Source: Lophium mytilinum
Taxonomy: Eukaryota
DNA length: 64,000 bases
Direction of reading: 5' to 3'
NCBI GenBank assembly: GCA_010093605.1
Contig: MU004198.1
Location: forward strand, 560,726 to 624,725
The position numbers and the translations under genes are program-made. Under the pieces are notes generated by a model, which worked only from the letters and a program-made list of their open reading frames with translations, was not told where the DNA came from and searched no databases. Shown here piece by piece: positions 24,138 through 37,400 of this stretch. Within the stretch, counting starts at the first letter, position 1, and every line of letters begins with the position of its first letter.

Positions 24138-25132
24138 TCAGGCGCCAATCTTTATCACCACCTTGCCCCTCGCATGTCCAGACGCCGTCTTCGCAAACGC
24201 CTTCTCATACTCCTCCAACTTCCACACACTATCCACAACTGTCTTGCACAGTCCCCTCTCCATAAGCCCCGAAATAACAGCCAGCTCCTCTCCCCTCGAC
24301 TCCATAATGAAGAACAGCCCCTTCACCCCCTTCGGCGCCCCTCCCTCTGGCTCCTTATACCGCGGCACAATACTCACAAACGTCCCCCCTTCCCTCACCA
24401 CCGTCCACGCATCTTCCATTGACTTCCCCCCCGCACAATCAAAAACCACATCAAACTTTTCCTCTCCTCCTCACCAGCCACCCACGCCTCCAAACTCGTC
24501 TCCGTATAATCAACCACCTCATCCGCTCCCAACCCACTTACAAACCCCGCATTCCTCCCACTACACGTCCCAACCACATACGCCCCCGCCAGCCGCGCAA
24601 ACTGCACCGCCCACAACCCCACCCCCCCACTCGCCGCCAGAACCAGCACCCTCTTCCCAGCATTCTCCACAACTCCCCTCCCATCCGCCCCTAACGCCGC
24701 CAGCCCCCCATGCTCAAACAGCGCCTGCCACGCCGTCTCCGCGCTCATCGGCACCGTCGCGGCCTCGACCTCGCTCAGCGCCTCGGGCCGCAGCGCCGCT
24801 TCCGAGGGGGCGATGGTCGCGTACTCCCGTGCGCAGCCTTCGCGGGCGGCCGTCACGCGGCCGTAGATCTCATCGCCGGGAGCGAAGGGCGAGCCGGCGA
24901 CGGGGGTGAGGACGGTGCCGGCGACGTCGAAGGCGGGGACGTGGAGGGCGGGCCAGGCGACGAAGGGGCCCCAGGTGAGTTCGCCGTTGGTGAGGGCGGT
25001 GGCGTGGACGCGGATGAGGTGCTCGGTTGGCGGGGGGGTGGGAACGGGGAAGGCGGGGGAGAGGGATAGGGTGGAGGTGGTGGTGTTGAAGAGGATGGTG
25101 GGTTGGGTTTTGGGGATTCGTGGGGTGGGCAT
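24138..25132 (-). CDS. MDR-superfamily NADPH:quinone oxidoreductase-like protein, with a frameshift near 24457 (sequencing error or pseudogene)
   Basis: LIRVHATALTNGELTW, DVAGTV, TAWQALF, VLVLAASGGVGLWAVQFA and LGADEVVDY in one frame; KFDVVFDCAGG...GHARGKVVI* in another. The frame changes within aggaaaagttt. Confidence 0.85.
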
Positions 25133-25794
25133 TTTGGAGGTTTGGGTGGGGTTTGGAGGATGGAGCTGGAGGGATGGAAGATGGGATTGAGGATTGCGAG
25201 AGTTTAGGTGGTGGTTGATATGGAATGGAAGACAAGAAGGGGATTCGATGGTAGGTTATATACTATAGGACTATGGCGTGCTGTGACGCTTCATGCATTG
25301 CTCAATCAGGACCTCAGCGCTTTTCGCGGACACTTGAACGACTGATGAGCCGGGTGCTGCGTTCTCGACAGCAATGAAGCCGGAGATGACAAACCTCTAT
25401 AGGCTGTAGGCTACATGTCAATGCTTAATGGGCTGACTGAGAATGAGAAACGCAATGCCCAGACAATCGAAATTCATGGCTGAAGTCGGTTTCCGTGGAG
25501 AAAGCGGAAACAGAACAAAGACTGGAAGTATAAAGAGCTGTAGGTGGATGGAGTTAGTCAGTCAGCAGCCATAGGCACGCCAAAATGCAGGTATCAGGTG
25601 TACGTCAAGACGATTAATATCAGGGATTCTTCGTATTCAGTCCCGACGCCCGCTCAATGCTTGGCGAAGCTCCGATCCATCTCCGCGGAGTGGATAGCAA
25701 TGCAAACCAATAGACCCCCACAGCTACTTGGATATAGTCCAGACTTTTGAATACCAAGACTTTTCCGCTCATACATCGCTGAAATCTAAGATGC

Positions 25795-28700
25795 CTAGGA
25801 AAACATGTTTCGCGTCGCTCGCTGCGACGTCGCCTTATTCTCATACTTGAAGAATTACAGGTTAGCACGCGGTCTACTTCAAGAGGTGGATATTTCTTAC
25901 CTCCAGGAACCCCGTTGCACTAACGAGGACGGTGAAGCAATCGACGAGGTCGCTCAAGTCAGTATCCACGTCTTGGAGGCCTCCAACCTTCACGTTCCGC
26001 TTGAACACCGCTACCATGCTATTCCTATTTTCTCGGAGGAACTCTCGTGCCTGGAAGAGCGTCTGATCGTTCTGAGGACCTCGCGAAAGAACCGCTGCAT
26101 CGATAATTCGCAGAACCGACAGCATTAAGTCGAAATACTTCTTAAGAGCATTCGGGTTTTCGAACTCTGCGAGAAAGTGAGCGAGGAGACATCCAAATGG
26201 GTTTAATAGTGCTTACCAAGACCAATATCTGGATCCGCGGAAAATATCTGAGACTCCTGAATAGACTGAAAGAGACCAGCATTGAGGACCTGTGCTGCAC
26301 CGAGCTTCGTTTGACTTATCCTCACTAGGAGCGCAAGACTGGCATCATAGTAAGACAGGAAAACGGGCACTTCTATAAGGAGGTTAGCTATCGTCCTGCA
26401 ATAATTCAGGGGACATTTACCTTGTGCAGTGGCGGCCTTCAATTCAGTTGGAATGTGCTTTATGTGGTCCACTAGCACACTGACAAAGTTCAACCGTACG
26501 AAAGCTTCCATCATGTACTTGGACCCTTCCCGCATGCACATCGCAACGAGTGCGTCAAGGAATAGTAGCGCAGAAACCTTGCAGGTCCCTGTGCCTGCGT
26601 ATGCGTCATCGCAAAGGATTTCGATCAGACGATCGCCGGAATGCTTGACTGTAGAAAGGCTATGCCGTCCTAGCGGAGATCCCTTTGTTGACTTTTTAGA
26701 GGTTCCTCGCAGGTATCGATAGGAAATGTGGTAACAGGCTTGCCGAAGCTCTGCGGTACTACCAGCGCCCAATACTCCGACGAGTGCGATGCGAAACAGT
26801 TGGGACAACCTGTCGTTCGCAAAATCGCCCGTTTGTGTTTTCTCGAAAGTAGTCGAATCAAAGTCAATGCTCTGTATCAAAGCCCCAGCTAGGCCGGACA
26901 ATTCCACTGCCGCGTCCGATGAATCTTCATACGACTTCTCGAGCTTAGGCAGCATCACTTGTAAGGTCTGTAGGATGAAAGCTATTCGGACGCCAGGCTC
27001 GAAGTCGCAGCTCTGAAGGGTTACAGTTGTCAGCTGAGCCCATGCTTTAAGCGCCTCCTCTTGCAAACGAACGATCCTAGCGCGCTCATTGTTACTGAGT
27101 AGGCAAGATAGAATGTCCCCTATTTCTGCGTCCAGTTCTTGTTTACTGTTAGGAGCGCTGACAGTAACCCCTTGCCTGGAATCGTTGCCGTGAGACGTCG
27201 CGTGGTCGCTGGAAGTGTTGTTGATTACGCCGCTCTGAATCAATTCGTTAGATCGCAGACCGATTAATTCTCCAACGAGGTCAAGATCGTAGATTTCTAG
27301 TCCCTGTTCATCTTTTCTGCAAACATCGAGATCGAGACCGTTCAGATGAATTAGTGGAGGCGGGCTGTAAGCATCGTTGACCTCTAGCTCCATAAAGTCG
27401 AAGATGTCGAAGATAGTAGGGTTCTGTTGCTGATCTCCGCCGGGAAACACCGTTGTTCCTAAAAGGCTTGACTGGATACGAGCTTTTTGTGTAGGCATTC
27501 CAGCACGGTCGTTATACCGAAGCTCTTTAGCAGTATACTCGCAGAACAAAGACCTCTGGCGAAGGAAATTCTGAAATGCGACCGCGGAACTGCCAAGCCC
27601 TGCAAGGAGGAAGTCGACGCTATCAATCGTCTCTCCATCCCACAAAGTGTTTGCGTCCACTGTCTGAAGTGTTGTAGCTTCTGCGAAAGCAAAATCAAAG
27701 TCTCGCAGCTCCTCCATAACCAGGTCACTCGTAAGAGGCGACTTCCATAGCTTGTTAAGGACTTCCAGACATTTGCGTTTTATATTTGACATCCAGGTGA
27801 CATACTGCTCTCCATCAGTATCTGGATACTCAACGGTCAAATGGAGAATCGCGTGGAAAAGCGAAACGTGGTTATCCCAGAGGCTTCCAGGCGCTATGCT
27901 GACGTCGTTGTTTCCGCATGAAAAGCCCAGTAGAAGATGCGCAATTGTAGGTCGATTTGGAACAGTGACTAAGCAGCTGTTCAAAAAGTCGAGAATATGG
28001 TTCTTGATGATGTATCCAGGCGCCTCTGACTGCGTTTCTAATTCTCTTTCATCTTGTTTCATCACATCGACCAGCGATCTTGAGATTCGTTCGGCGTTGT
28101 TGTCCTTCTCCATGATTCCGACAACCTTGCTGCGACTCGGTCGCTGCCCAAAGCCTGCAGTGGGAGAGACTACTAGCTTGCGCGAGGAAGCGAGTTTTTC
28201 CAAAAGCCGCAATGAGACAACTGCAAGTTCTGTATGCCCGGAGCCGCAGTAGAAGCCTAGTCTAGTTACAATATCAAGAGAGCTGAGTACTGCGTCTTCG
28301 AAAGAAGCAAGAACAGGATTTGAGACTGATTTCCGATGCTGAGATGAACTGAGTTTAAGAAGCGGTCGGACAATATCGAGATATGTGGGCTGAAGAGTCA
28401 GAAGACGATCCATCGTCTTGATGCTAAGTATCAAAGACAGAACCAACGGAGAGTCTTCAGGTGCGTCGTCTACAGCGCTCTCGTTCTGGATCGCAGTCGA
28501 GAAAAGCTCCTTCAGCACCTTTTCGTTGAACAGCCAGTCCATCACTCGAGTGGAGGGATGGAGTTCAACATATCTCTGTAATGACGACGTATGTATGACT
28601 GAATCCACGGCGATATTGGACTTGTTGGCGATAATCAATAGATGGTCATTAAAGGAGTCGAGAGAAGTGGAGATGAAGTTCAGACAGTTCCATCTGAGGA

Positions 28701-31062
28701 CCTGTCGCTGCAGGCCGTCTGGCAGTTCGCCACATTTAACGCCGAAGACACGGCCAACCACAAAATCAACATACGCGTCAATACCAGCCTGGGGTCTGTG
28801 GGTAGAGCCGAGAGTCTCAGGAAACGGGAGAGAGTCACGAAGTTCGTAGTCGAAAGCGTAGGGTTGGACCAAGGCACGGAGAAGCTCGACAAGGGCATAC
28901 GATTCGTCATATCCGCTCGCAAGAACTTCCCAAAGATTCTGCGGCGACGTTGCGTTGGCTATATTGCTCTGCCGCGCATCGACAACGAATCCGCTTGCTG
29001 TCCATTTGTCGAGGTCGCTCCACATCACTGTTGCAATTGGTGGGGTCTTGTCAGTGAGTAATGCAGCCAGAGCACTGAACACGGAGGCACGGAGGCGGCT
29101 TTCAACTTTGTCCACACAGAGTTTTAAGTAGAGCCCTTTGACATCGAGGTTGTTGTGATCGATCATCCAAGTTCTAGCCTCCTTGCTCTCACGACACAGA
29201 TGACCAAGCAGACGAAGATAGCTTTCGAGCATCATCGCACTTTCTGGTTCCACGATTTGATCAACCGGATTCTGGGCGGTTGGGAAAAGTGTGCCTTGTG
29301 TCGTCTTCCTTGGTTCGTGGATATTCAAGCCAAGTTCGTATAATTCGTTGAAGATGTGGGTATAGCTCAGAGAGCTTGTCCGCCGGATCTTCCCCGACGA
29401 CGATCCCCCTTCATCTAGAAGGAATTTATGAGCAGCGTCGGCGCACTCAGGTCCATTAGATAGCGCTTTGAGCATTTCACAGAATGCAGCAATGCGGGGT
29501 GTTGGCTGGCGTTTTGCTGCCCACTGTAAAAATCCAAAAAGATTTCCTTCGGGATCAGACCAGAACAGCTGGTCGGCTTCCTCCGGGAACCCGTCAAAGG
29601 CATATCCGATAATGATGAGGAAACGCTCCAGATGAAGCTCATACTCAACGGGTCCGCGTTGAAATCGGGAGTGCAGCAGCTTTCGTTGTTCGTCCTCCTC
29701 GGCTTTCAGCTTTCGTAGAGTATCCGGCATATTAGTGACGAAAGCTTCCACAAAGGACTGCATCTGTTCCATGAGCAGAGTTTTAAAATACTCCAAGGGC
29801 TGAGGCGAGGTGTCTGACGGAAGAACAGGCGTCTCGTGGATCAGATGCGAGACTAACCCGGCTTTTGCTGGATCGTACCATTTGCTAGGCTTAATATCCT
29901 GACTAATGGAGAGCATGAAGTGGAATGCACCATCTTTGAGGGCATCCATGAACTGAGCGGAACGTTCTTCTGCCTCAGCTCGGGGATCAGCGACTCGCAG
30001 CGCAGCGTCATTAGCATTAGCCTCGATGTATCTGCCACTATACTCGGCTAACCACCACACAATTGTTGCGGCCTGGAGATTTCGCAACCCCCAAGCCTCG
30101 CCGTCTTTGCTCACAATCTCCTTGGTGAGACTCCTTGCTTCAGCGGTGGTGCACGGTCCCGAGTCCGGGTTGAGGTAGTTGATGAAGCATATGAGAATGG
30201 GGACGTAATGGATGGTGACGAGGTCGTGCTTGTCCAGACGTTTTATCTTGCCCAACAGCGATCGGAAGTTCTCGAGGTTTGCGTATGGCTTGATAAGATC
30301 CGTGCAGATGGCGCTCAGTGACTCGTGTTGCTTGATCAAGCTCTTTCGTTGGAAATCATTGGTCTCCACGGCCTCTGACGAGGGGATCTGGCCCATGACC
30401 TGGGCACTCTGTTCCCGTTCGGCTAGCTGTTGTAACCACAGCTCCATGTCGTTCAAGCTCGCCAGACATTTTCCCCAGTACGCATGCGCATTGGCGTTGC
30501 TTGTGTCTGTGGCGCCTACGATATCCCGGATATAATCCCCAAAGTCGATCAGTTTGGGCTGCGCGATGGCTTCCTCACTCTCCCGTATGGAGAGCCGGAT
30601 AATGACCCGCAAGCATTCGAGTAAGAACTGTCTGCGGTTCTGGAATTGGAGTATTGCGGTCATGAGGGGGCTACGATCGAAATCCTGCGCGCCTTGTTGC
30701 GCCGCATGGAATAGGGCCGCGGACTTCAGTTCGTCCAGGTTCAAGCTGTCCGCTAACTGTATGGTTTGCTGCTTGAAATCATCGTTGATCTCGTATTCCT
30801 CGTCGTCGATGGTAATCCTACCTAGAAGAGAACACCGGGTCAGCAGGCTGCAGTCCTAGTGAGTCTAACTACTCATACCAGAAGTCAGGGTGTTGCGGCT
30901 TGCGGCATTCTTCTCCGGTTTATCCAGCAGAGCCTTGAACTCATGGATCCTGCGATCCAATTGATCTTTGAGCCTGTCGACAACCAGGACACCAGACTCT
31001 GCGAGGGCGAGCAGGTCCTGGTGCAAGCCATGGAGGCCTTCGAGGCTGTCTGAATCACCCAT
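25795..31062 (-). CDS. NUP192: Nucleoporin Nup192 (Nup186/Nup205 family)
   Basis: N-terminus MGDSDSLEGLHGLHQDL...FKALLDKPEKN, then INDDFKQQTIQLADSLNLDELKSA, LERFLIII, PTIAHLLLGF, IFSADPDIG and FLRENRNSMVAVFKR. About 1700 aa over several exons; the last exon ends ...RNMFS* at 25795. Confidence 0.9.
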
Positions 31063-31463
31063 AGCAGCAGAGTGGCGCGACGAGTGTGGGCATAGCGCGG
31101 CGGAGCGGGATGTGGGTGCGGAGGTGAGCGGGAAGCTGTAGTTGCTGGCTCTGTTTCCTCTTGAATTCGCGTTTGTATGCGGAGCAGAAAACGCGCTAAA
31201 ATGGCCCGGCGATACTTCGGCCGACCTTTTGGCGGACCACAGCCTTGGGCCCTTCTCTTCCGTCTGAAGTCGACCTCACCCTCGCGATTGAGGCCATCTT
31301 TTCCCGTGAATGAAGCTCCGTCGCTGAAGATACTGGACCTCGAATAGTACGCGTCATGCTCAAGCACTAGGGCGCTACATTCACATTCCCGATATGACAC
31401 TTCCCATCCTACAACCTCATCCGTTGGCGTGGACCTACTCCGCCGCCCGCACCGAAACATATA
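31063..31463. promoter_or_regulatory. Putative bidirectional promoter between NUP192 and TEL1 with MCB-like elements
   Basis: About 400 bp between divergent ATGs. CGCGT at 31168-31172, ACGCG at 31191-31195 and a perfect ACGCGT at 31349-31354. Confidence 0.55.
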
Positions 31464-34400
31464 ATGCAGACCAGCATGACCGAAGTCGACCACCCGCTGG
31501 GTCCGAAAGGTAGGCTTTTAAACAACCAATCGCCCGGCTCGATCTAACGTGTTCAGGTTTGTTTGCAACCGCAGTCGGCGACGTTAATAAAGCGGTCGAG
31601 AAACTCACGAGTAACAACTACTCCCGCCTGAGGTCGGAGCTGAGCGCGCTGAATCTTGAAGCATTTAACGACCTACTCGATGATATCACGAGCCGCGTAG
31701 TAGACGACCGGCCGCTTTTTCTGCGCGGCAAATCTAGCACTACTGCAGCGAAGACACGATTAAGGCTGCGTTCGAAAGCGCTTCGCCTTGTTGTCAGTCA
31801 CAGCTTGTCCCGCATTTCAAGCACTTGGATCAGCGACCTCATAACCCATATCGACCAGGCGGTCCGGTCAGGAAGCGAGGGCTTCGTTGCGCCATTGCTG
31901 CCGGAGTACCCTCAGACTTTGCGTGTACTCGTTGCATCTAGTACAATCGTGGAACGGCTGTCGGAACGAGACCGAAATACTGCACTAGACCTATGCACTG
32001 AGCTCCTCCCTCTCATAGTAGAGAGGCTGACTGGAGGCAGTGCCTCTACCAATGGGCGGTCGATAAGATCCGCCAGTGAATCCCTCTACAAATCTTCGAG
32101 TGTCGCTACGTCAAAAGCTTTAGACGAGGAGTCGAAATTAGACTTCAGAATTTCCGCGAACGCATTCCTATGGTGCTTAGGCCATATAGTGGGCGCATCA
32201 AATGCCCCTGTATTTGACAAGGACAGGTCAGAGCGCATTCTCTCGGCGGCAATCGCGTGTATCGAGACGCGAACGTTGGACACCAAGTCTGGCTTCCAGC
32301 TGATAAATTCTCTCCTTAAACTAAGCACACTAGACTCCGGAGAGTTCACCAGATCTGCGGTTCGGCGTTTGATACCACTGCTCAAGTCTTTCTGGTCCCT
32401 GAAAGAAATACGAGAAGAGCTGTTGATCATGCTAATCTACACTGACGCTTATATTTCAGCGATGATCCAGCCAGAGGATGAAGAGTCATTCAAACTTGAT
32501 CTTACCTCGCTCTTAGAGACGATGCAAGCAGATTACAAAAAAAACAGATTATCCCATGAAGTGCTCTGTTTCCGCTATGCAGGGAGACCTGTCGGAGCAA
32601 GATTTCCAATTGGTACACTTGCTTTCACGCTGCACAGCGAGCATGAATTCTTGAGGTCTGATGCCTGCATTTCCTGGATGAATGTTTTCTACATTTCCCA
32701 CTTGGCGTCTATGCTCGACTCCCAAGGGAGTCGGAAAGTTATTGAGCGTGAGCGCGACGATGAAACTGCCGCAAAACGACCTCGTGTCGAGCATCGTCTC
32801 CATGAATACTTGCGTGAAGCATCTGATCGTCGGTTGCAGACAGCTACAAAGACCGAGGACACTAGAGACGCTGCTCTGTCGGTGATTTCGTTCATGGTAC
32901 AGGAACGACCACTGAATGACGAGGACTTGCTTCAAGTTCTTGAGACACTGAACCCTTTAATCACTCATGATACGCCCGGCGTGTCTGCGTGGGCATTGAT
33001 AGGCCTTACAGCGTATGTTTCCATTGTCCTATAATCAGACCAATGCAATTAACTCAATTTGCTACCAGGACCGCATTCCAGACATCTTCGAAGTCTTCCA
33101 AATTTACAGCTCAATGGGAGTCTATCTGGCAAACCGCTGCGCGCACCATCACATCCGATTCGTCTTCACGAGCTGCGTGCCATCTAATGAACGTGGTTCT
33201 TAGACTCGGGCTTATATCATATGAATCGATTTCGGAGGTTGTTGAAAGAGTTCTGCCATCCGTGGAGCTCAATGGGCCAGCACTGCTCACCGAGTCTAGC
33301 TCATCTTTATGGACAACTCTTCTCCGTGGAAGGACCGAAGGAAATCCAACGCTGTTTAATGAAACGTCAGAGCGCATCTTACAGTGGCTGTATTGCAAGT
33401 GGACGCCTAGTAGGTTGTCTCGTCCTGTTATAGATCTTACTTTGTGCTCACAAGTGCATAGGCCTCTTTTCGGAAAGATCATACGCCGAACCTAATTCCC
33501 TCAATTGCAATTCTCGAGACGTTCTCCGGCTAATCGCGGCGTGCCTCGACCGACCCTCACTCCCCGCCAGCGGATCATCATTCGCCGTCTTGAAACCCAT
33601 CGGTACAGCATGGCTTCACGCCCAATCTTGTCGTAAACTCACCGATTACCTACTGCTTTTCGACGAGAGTCTCCCCTTTCAATCTAAATTAGACATAGAG
33701 TCGTTCGCTTCAGATGTCAACGCATCTCAACCTACCAGTCATCTCCTGATAACGGAGGCAAGGGTTTTCGACTTCCTAGTTTCAGAATTAGAAAAAACGC
33801 AACAAAAATGGAGACTGTGGACTACAGAATCACCGCAGAGTGTCACCCAGAACATGCTCAGAATAGTTGCTACCCTAGGGTTTGTATGTTCTGCTTTATG
33901 TTATACTGGAAGTCCTTCGCAAATTCGGCGGGTACAAAAGCTAGAGCCCATGCTCGAAGCCTTCCTTCGCAGCTTCAGTAGTCTCTTCTCTCGTCGCTTG
34001 GACGATAAATATAAGCTCGACACGGTTCTTCATGTGTTTGCTCAAGCCGCACCTGATATCAACCAAATCACGTCTCTGGATCCAAAGCACTTTCGGGAAT
34101 CCGGAATCGGAGCTTTTGCGAGCCATATGTCTAAGGCCCTAGAAACCCAAAAAGCTTTGATGGAATCCTTTTATACCGAAGACATCGATTTTATGGACAT
34201 TGACGACGGACCGGATTCCCAAATGACAGACGAAACTTCGACTCGGGACCGACATGTGTCCCGGCATGATCTCACTGCCAGTACGAGCCTAGAGTCTCTT
34301 CGGTCATCATGTTCTGCCTACTTGAGCCTGATTGCTTGCGTCGTTAGGTCGCCGATGGATGAAGAGACTTACAACATTATACCACCTGGTTTCGTAAACT

Positions 34401-37400
34401 ATCTCACATCTATATCGCCAGCAGACCTCCTTCACTGCCGGCAGTTCGTGAGTGCGCTAATATCGGGTCCTGGGAGGCTACAAAAAGCAACTTGTCAGGC
34501 CCTGCTCGACCACATTGGAGCCGAAGTCATGCGTCAAAATGAGTACCAGACATCAGAAGTCGCCGAAGGCATGGTCTTGGAACTATTGATCGGCACTGAA
34601 TCCTTGTGGACAGACGGAGGGTCGAAAGATGCGGCGACTGTGGATCTTTACGCAACCGGACAAGACTTCTACGAATGGTTTCTTGGTGGATATGATGAGT
34701 TTGGCTGGGCGAAGTCGACTAACCTGCAGATTGGGATTGCTAATTTGTGTCTTTGTTTGTCGAGGTCACAGCCTGAGTTTGCGCAAAGTCTTTCCCTGCC
34801 ATCTGTGCGCACAAGTCTTTTCATGCTGCTCGCCGACTCAGACATTCCGGTTCAATACCATATCGCACAATGTCTACCTGACATGTTCAACAACTTCGTT
34901 CTAGCAACGCATGACTCGGTTTTTGCCGATATTCACGAGAGCCTACCCAATAAGGATCGTCCAGAAGACATTGCCATTCGTTTGCTGGTTCTGTCTCGCC
35001 TAGGATCAAGTTGGCATACGCTACTACGTAGATGCGTTTATCTTATATTCGAGACGGCGGGCTTGTTTGAAAGCGCCATGGCACATGCAACGCGATGCAT
35101 AAGCAACGTGTCAGAGTCAATAAAGCTAGGAAGCTCGCAAGAACTCTTTCGGATATTTGCACCACAAATGATATACAGCTGGCTGAAAACCGGAAAGAAG
35201 TTCGCGGATATACCCTTCCTTGCTTTCAACTACGACACCCTTCTAGATCTCATTGAAGATGTCGAGGACGAAGCATTTGGCCAATCAATGATGTTCGCAA
35301 AAGAAGATGAATTGGAATATTTAGCCAAGCTTTCGAAACAGTCGATCCAAGAAGGGCTGAAGAGGAATTTTGCGAAAGCAGCAGCCTACAGCATTTCGTG
35401 GGATACTTGTAGCCGCAATGGGAACAATAAAACCCCAAGCAACGACGCTCGCCTTCAGACGCTTCTTGAGCGCGAACAATATTCGCAGCTCTTTCATTGG
35501 CACTTTCCTCGCATTGTTGGAATCGTTATTTACAGTATGGACAACGAAGACCTCCTCGAAAAACGCCTCGCAAAGCGTCCACCATATATCAATACTTCCA
35601 ATGCATTGAAAGAGATCAAAACCACGAGTCATTCAAGTCAAGATCTACCGGAAGGCATAGCACCAGCGTTTACTGCTAAGTATTTGAGTGATCAAATAGA
35701 ACGCTTATGTCGTAGAGTGAGTATGGATCCTGTAAGTTTCTGGACGGCCGAAATATTTGTGTTCGTGATGAGAATGCTTCTCGACCGCATTCATCCAGCC
35801 TTAGGCTCTCTACACGCGTGTTCAATCATTCGAAAAATCCGGGTATTGGTCGGCTTAGCTGGTCCCATCGCTTTGGACGGCTATCCTTTGCAAATGACTT
35901 TGCAATCCTTGCGGCCTTTCCTCACGGACAGCCAATGCGCCGAAGATACCCTAGGAGTCATGCAATATCTCTTCGAGCGTGGGAAACCTTTCTTGTCCTC
36001 GCAACTGTCCTTTGTCACTGGCATTGGGCTCTCAATTCTCACATCGATCCGGGTTTTCTTGGGTTCAACACAGGAGAGCACAACCCAAGAAAGCCAGTAC
36101 CAAGCGACTATGGACAGAGCGAAAACATTCCATTCGTGGTTTACCGCATACCTGGAGTCGTACTCAGCATCCACTCAAAGTAGCAAATCTCTCCTCAAAG
36201 CATTCAAGTCTATTATTCGCGCCGCTTCACAAACGCGCATTGAAGGAAATGCTAATGCTGGAACCGCTGAGAGCAGACTTCTTCAGGAACTGCTGGACGA
36301 CGAACGTAGTGAAAGATCTCTCCTAAGCGGCCCATCTCGCGAAATCGCCTTCAATCTTCTGTGTCAAAATTTTCAACCTCCGAAGTCTATGCAAGACGAC
36401 ATCATGGGCACCGACGAGCAAGCAGTCCGTTTTGCACCTCAGGTGTGGCAATCTTGCCAGCGTGCTGGTGTGGGCGACGGCTACCTCATATGGGCCGCAA
36501 GAGTGCTTGGACGTGCGTTCGGCGCCCATGGAGAGCTTGAACGAGGCCTACGAGTCGCAAGTATTGAACGGAGTGGATCTTATACGCTGAAAAAGTACAG
36601 ATTTCGTAACTCGAGAGCTGCCATCTTCCACTCGCTTGCAGAGCTTCTCTTGAGCGATGACCGGAAGGAAATGGGCCTTGCGGAAAGCACAATTCGTCTT
36701 ACTCTGACTAAGACTAAGACTGCCGAGCAGCAGTCGGAACTCGACCAGATTCTTCCCCAGGCTCTTTCTGAGTATATCTCTACCGCACTGACCCTCCCAT
36801 TGTTGTACACGAATCCAACTCGTCACAAAGACCCTCATTCAACCGTCAAAACTATGGCGCACCCCGCGCCTGGGAAAACAGCTTCTTTGTGGATTCGAGA
36901 CCTCACAGTCAACTTGTGCGAGATTGCTTCGCAGGACCCTCTGCTCGGTTCCTTGTCCGACATTCTCCAGGGCATAGAAGGTTACCCCGAGAAGCTCTTC
37001 CCGTTTATTCTTCATCTAGTACTTCACCAGGAATTCGATGGGCAGCGTAGTGTACGTGACGCAATTTCGAGAGCATGTTTATCTTGGTTTGAGGGCCGCA
37101 GTCAGGCAACTGTACCCTACATCAAGACTCTCATACGAGGAATCCTTTATCTACGCACTCAGCCTGTACCACACGAGATCACCCGTGAAGATCGCGATAG
37201 GTGGCTCGACATCAATTATCTCAAGGCTGCAGAAGCCGCGACAACATGCGGCATGTACAAGACTGCTCTGCTCTTTGCAGAGACCCATGCTGCTCCACAC
37301 GTGCGCAGCTCTAGGCGATCGTCAACACTGCCGCAGTCGAGTATCCCAACACAGCTCCAGTTTACAATCTATAGGAATCTAGACGAGCCTGATTCCTTCT

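Noticed and set aside
24163..24909. 248-aa Pro-rich plus-strand ORF, and similar antisense ORFs across the window
   Set aside because: Shadow frames of real genes on the opposite strand, produced by skewed GC-rich codon use.
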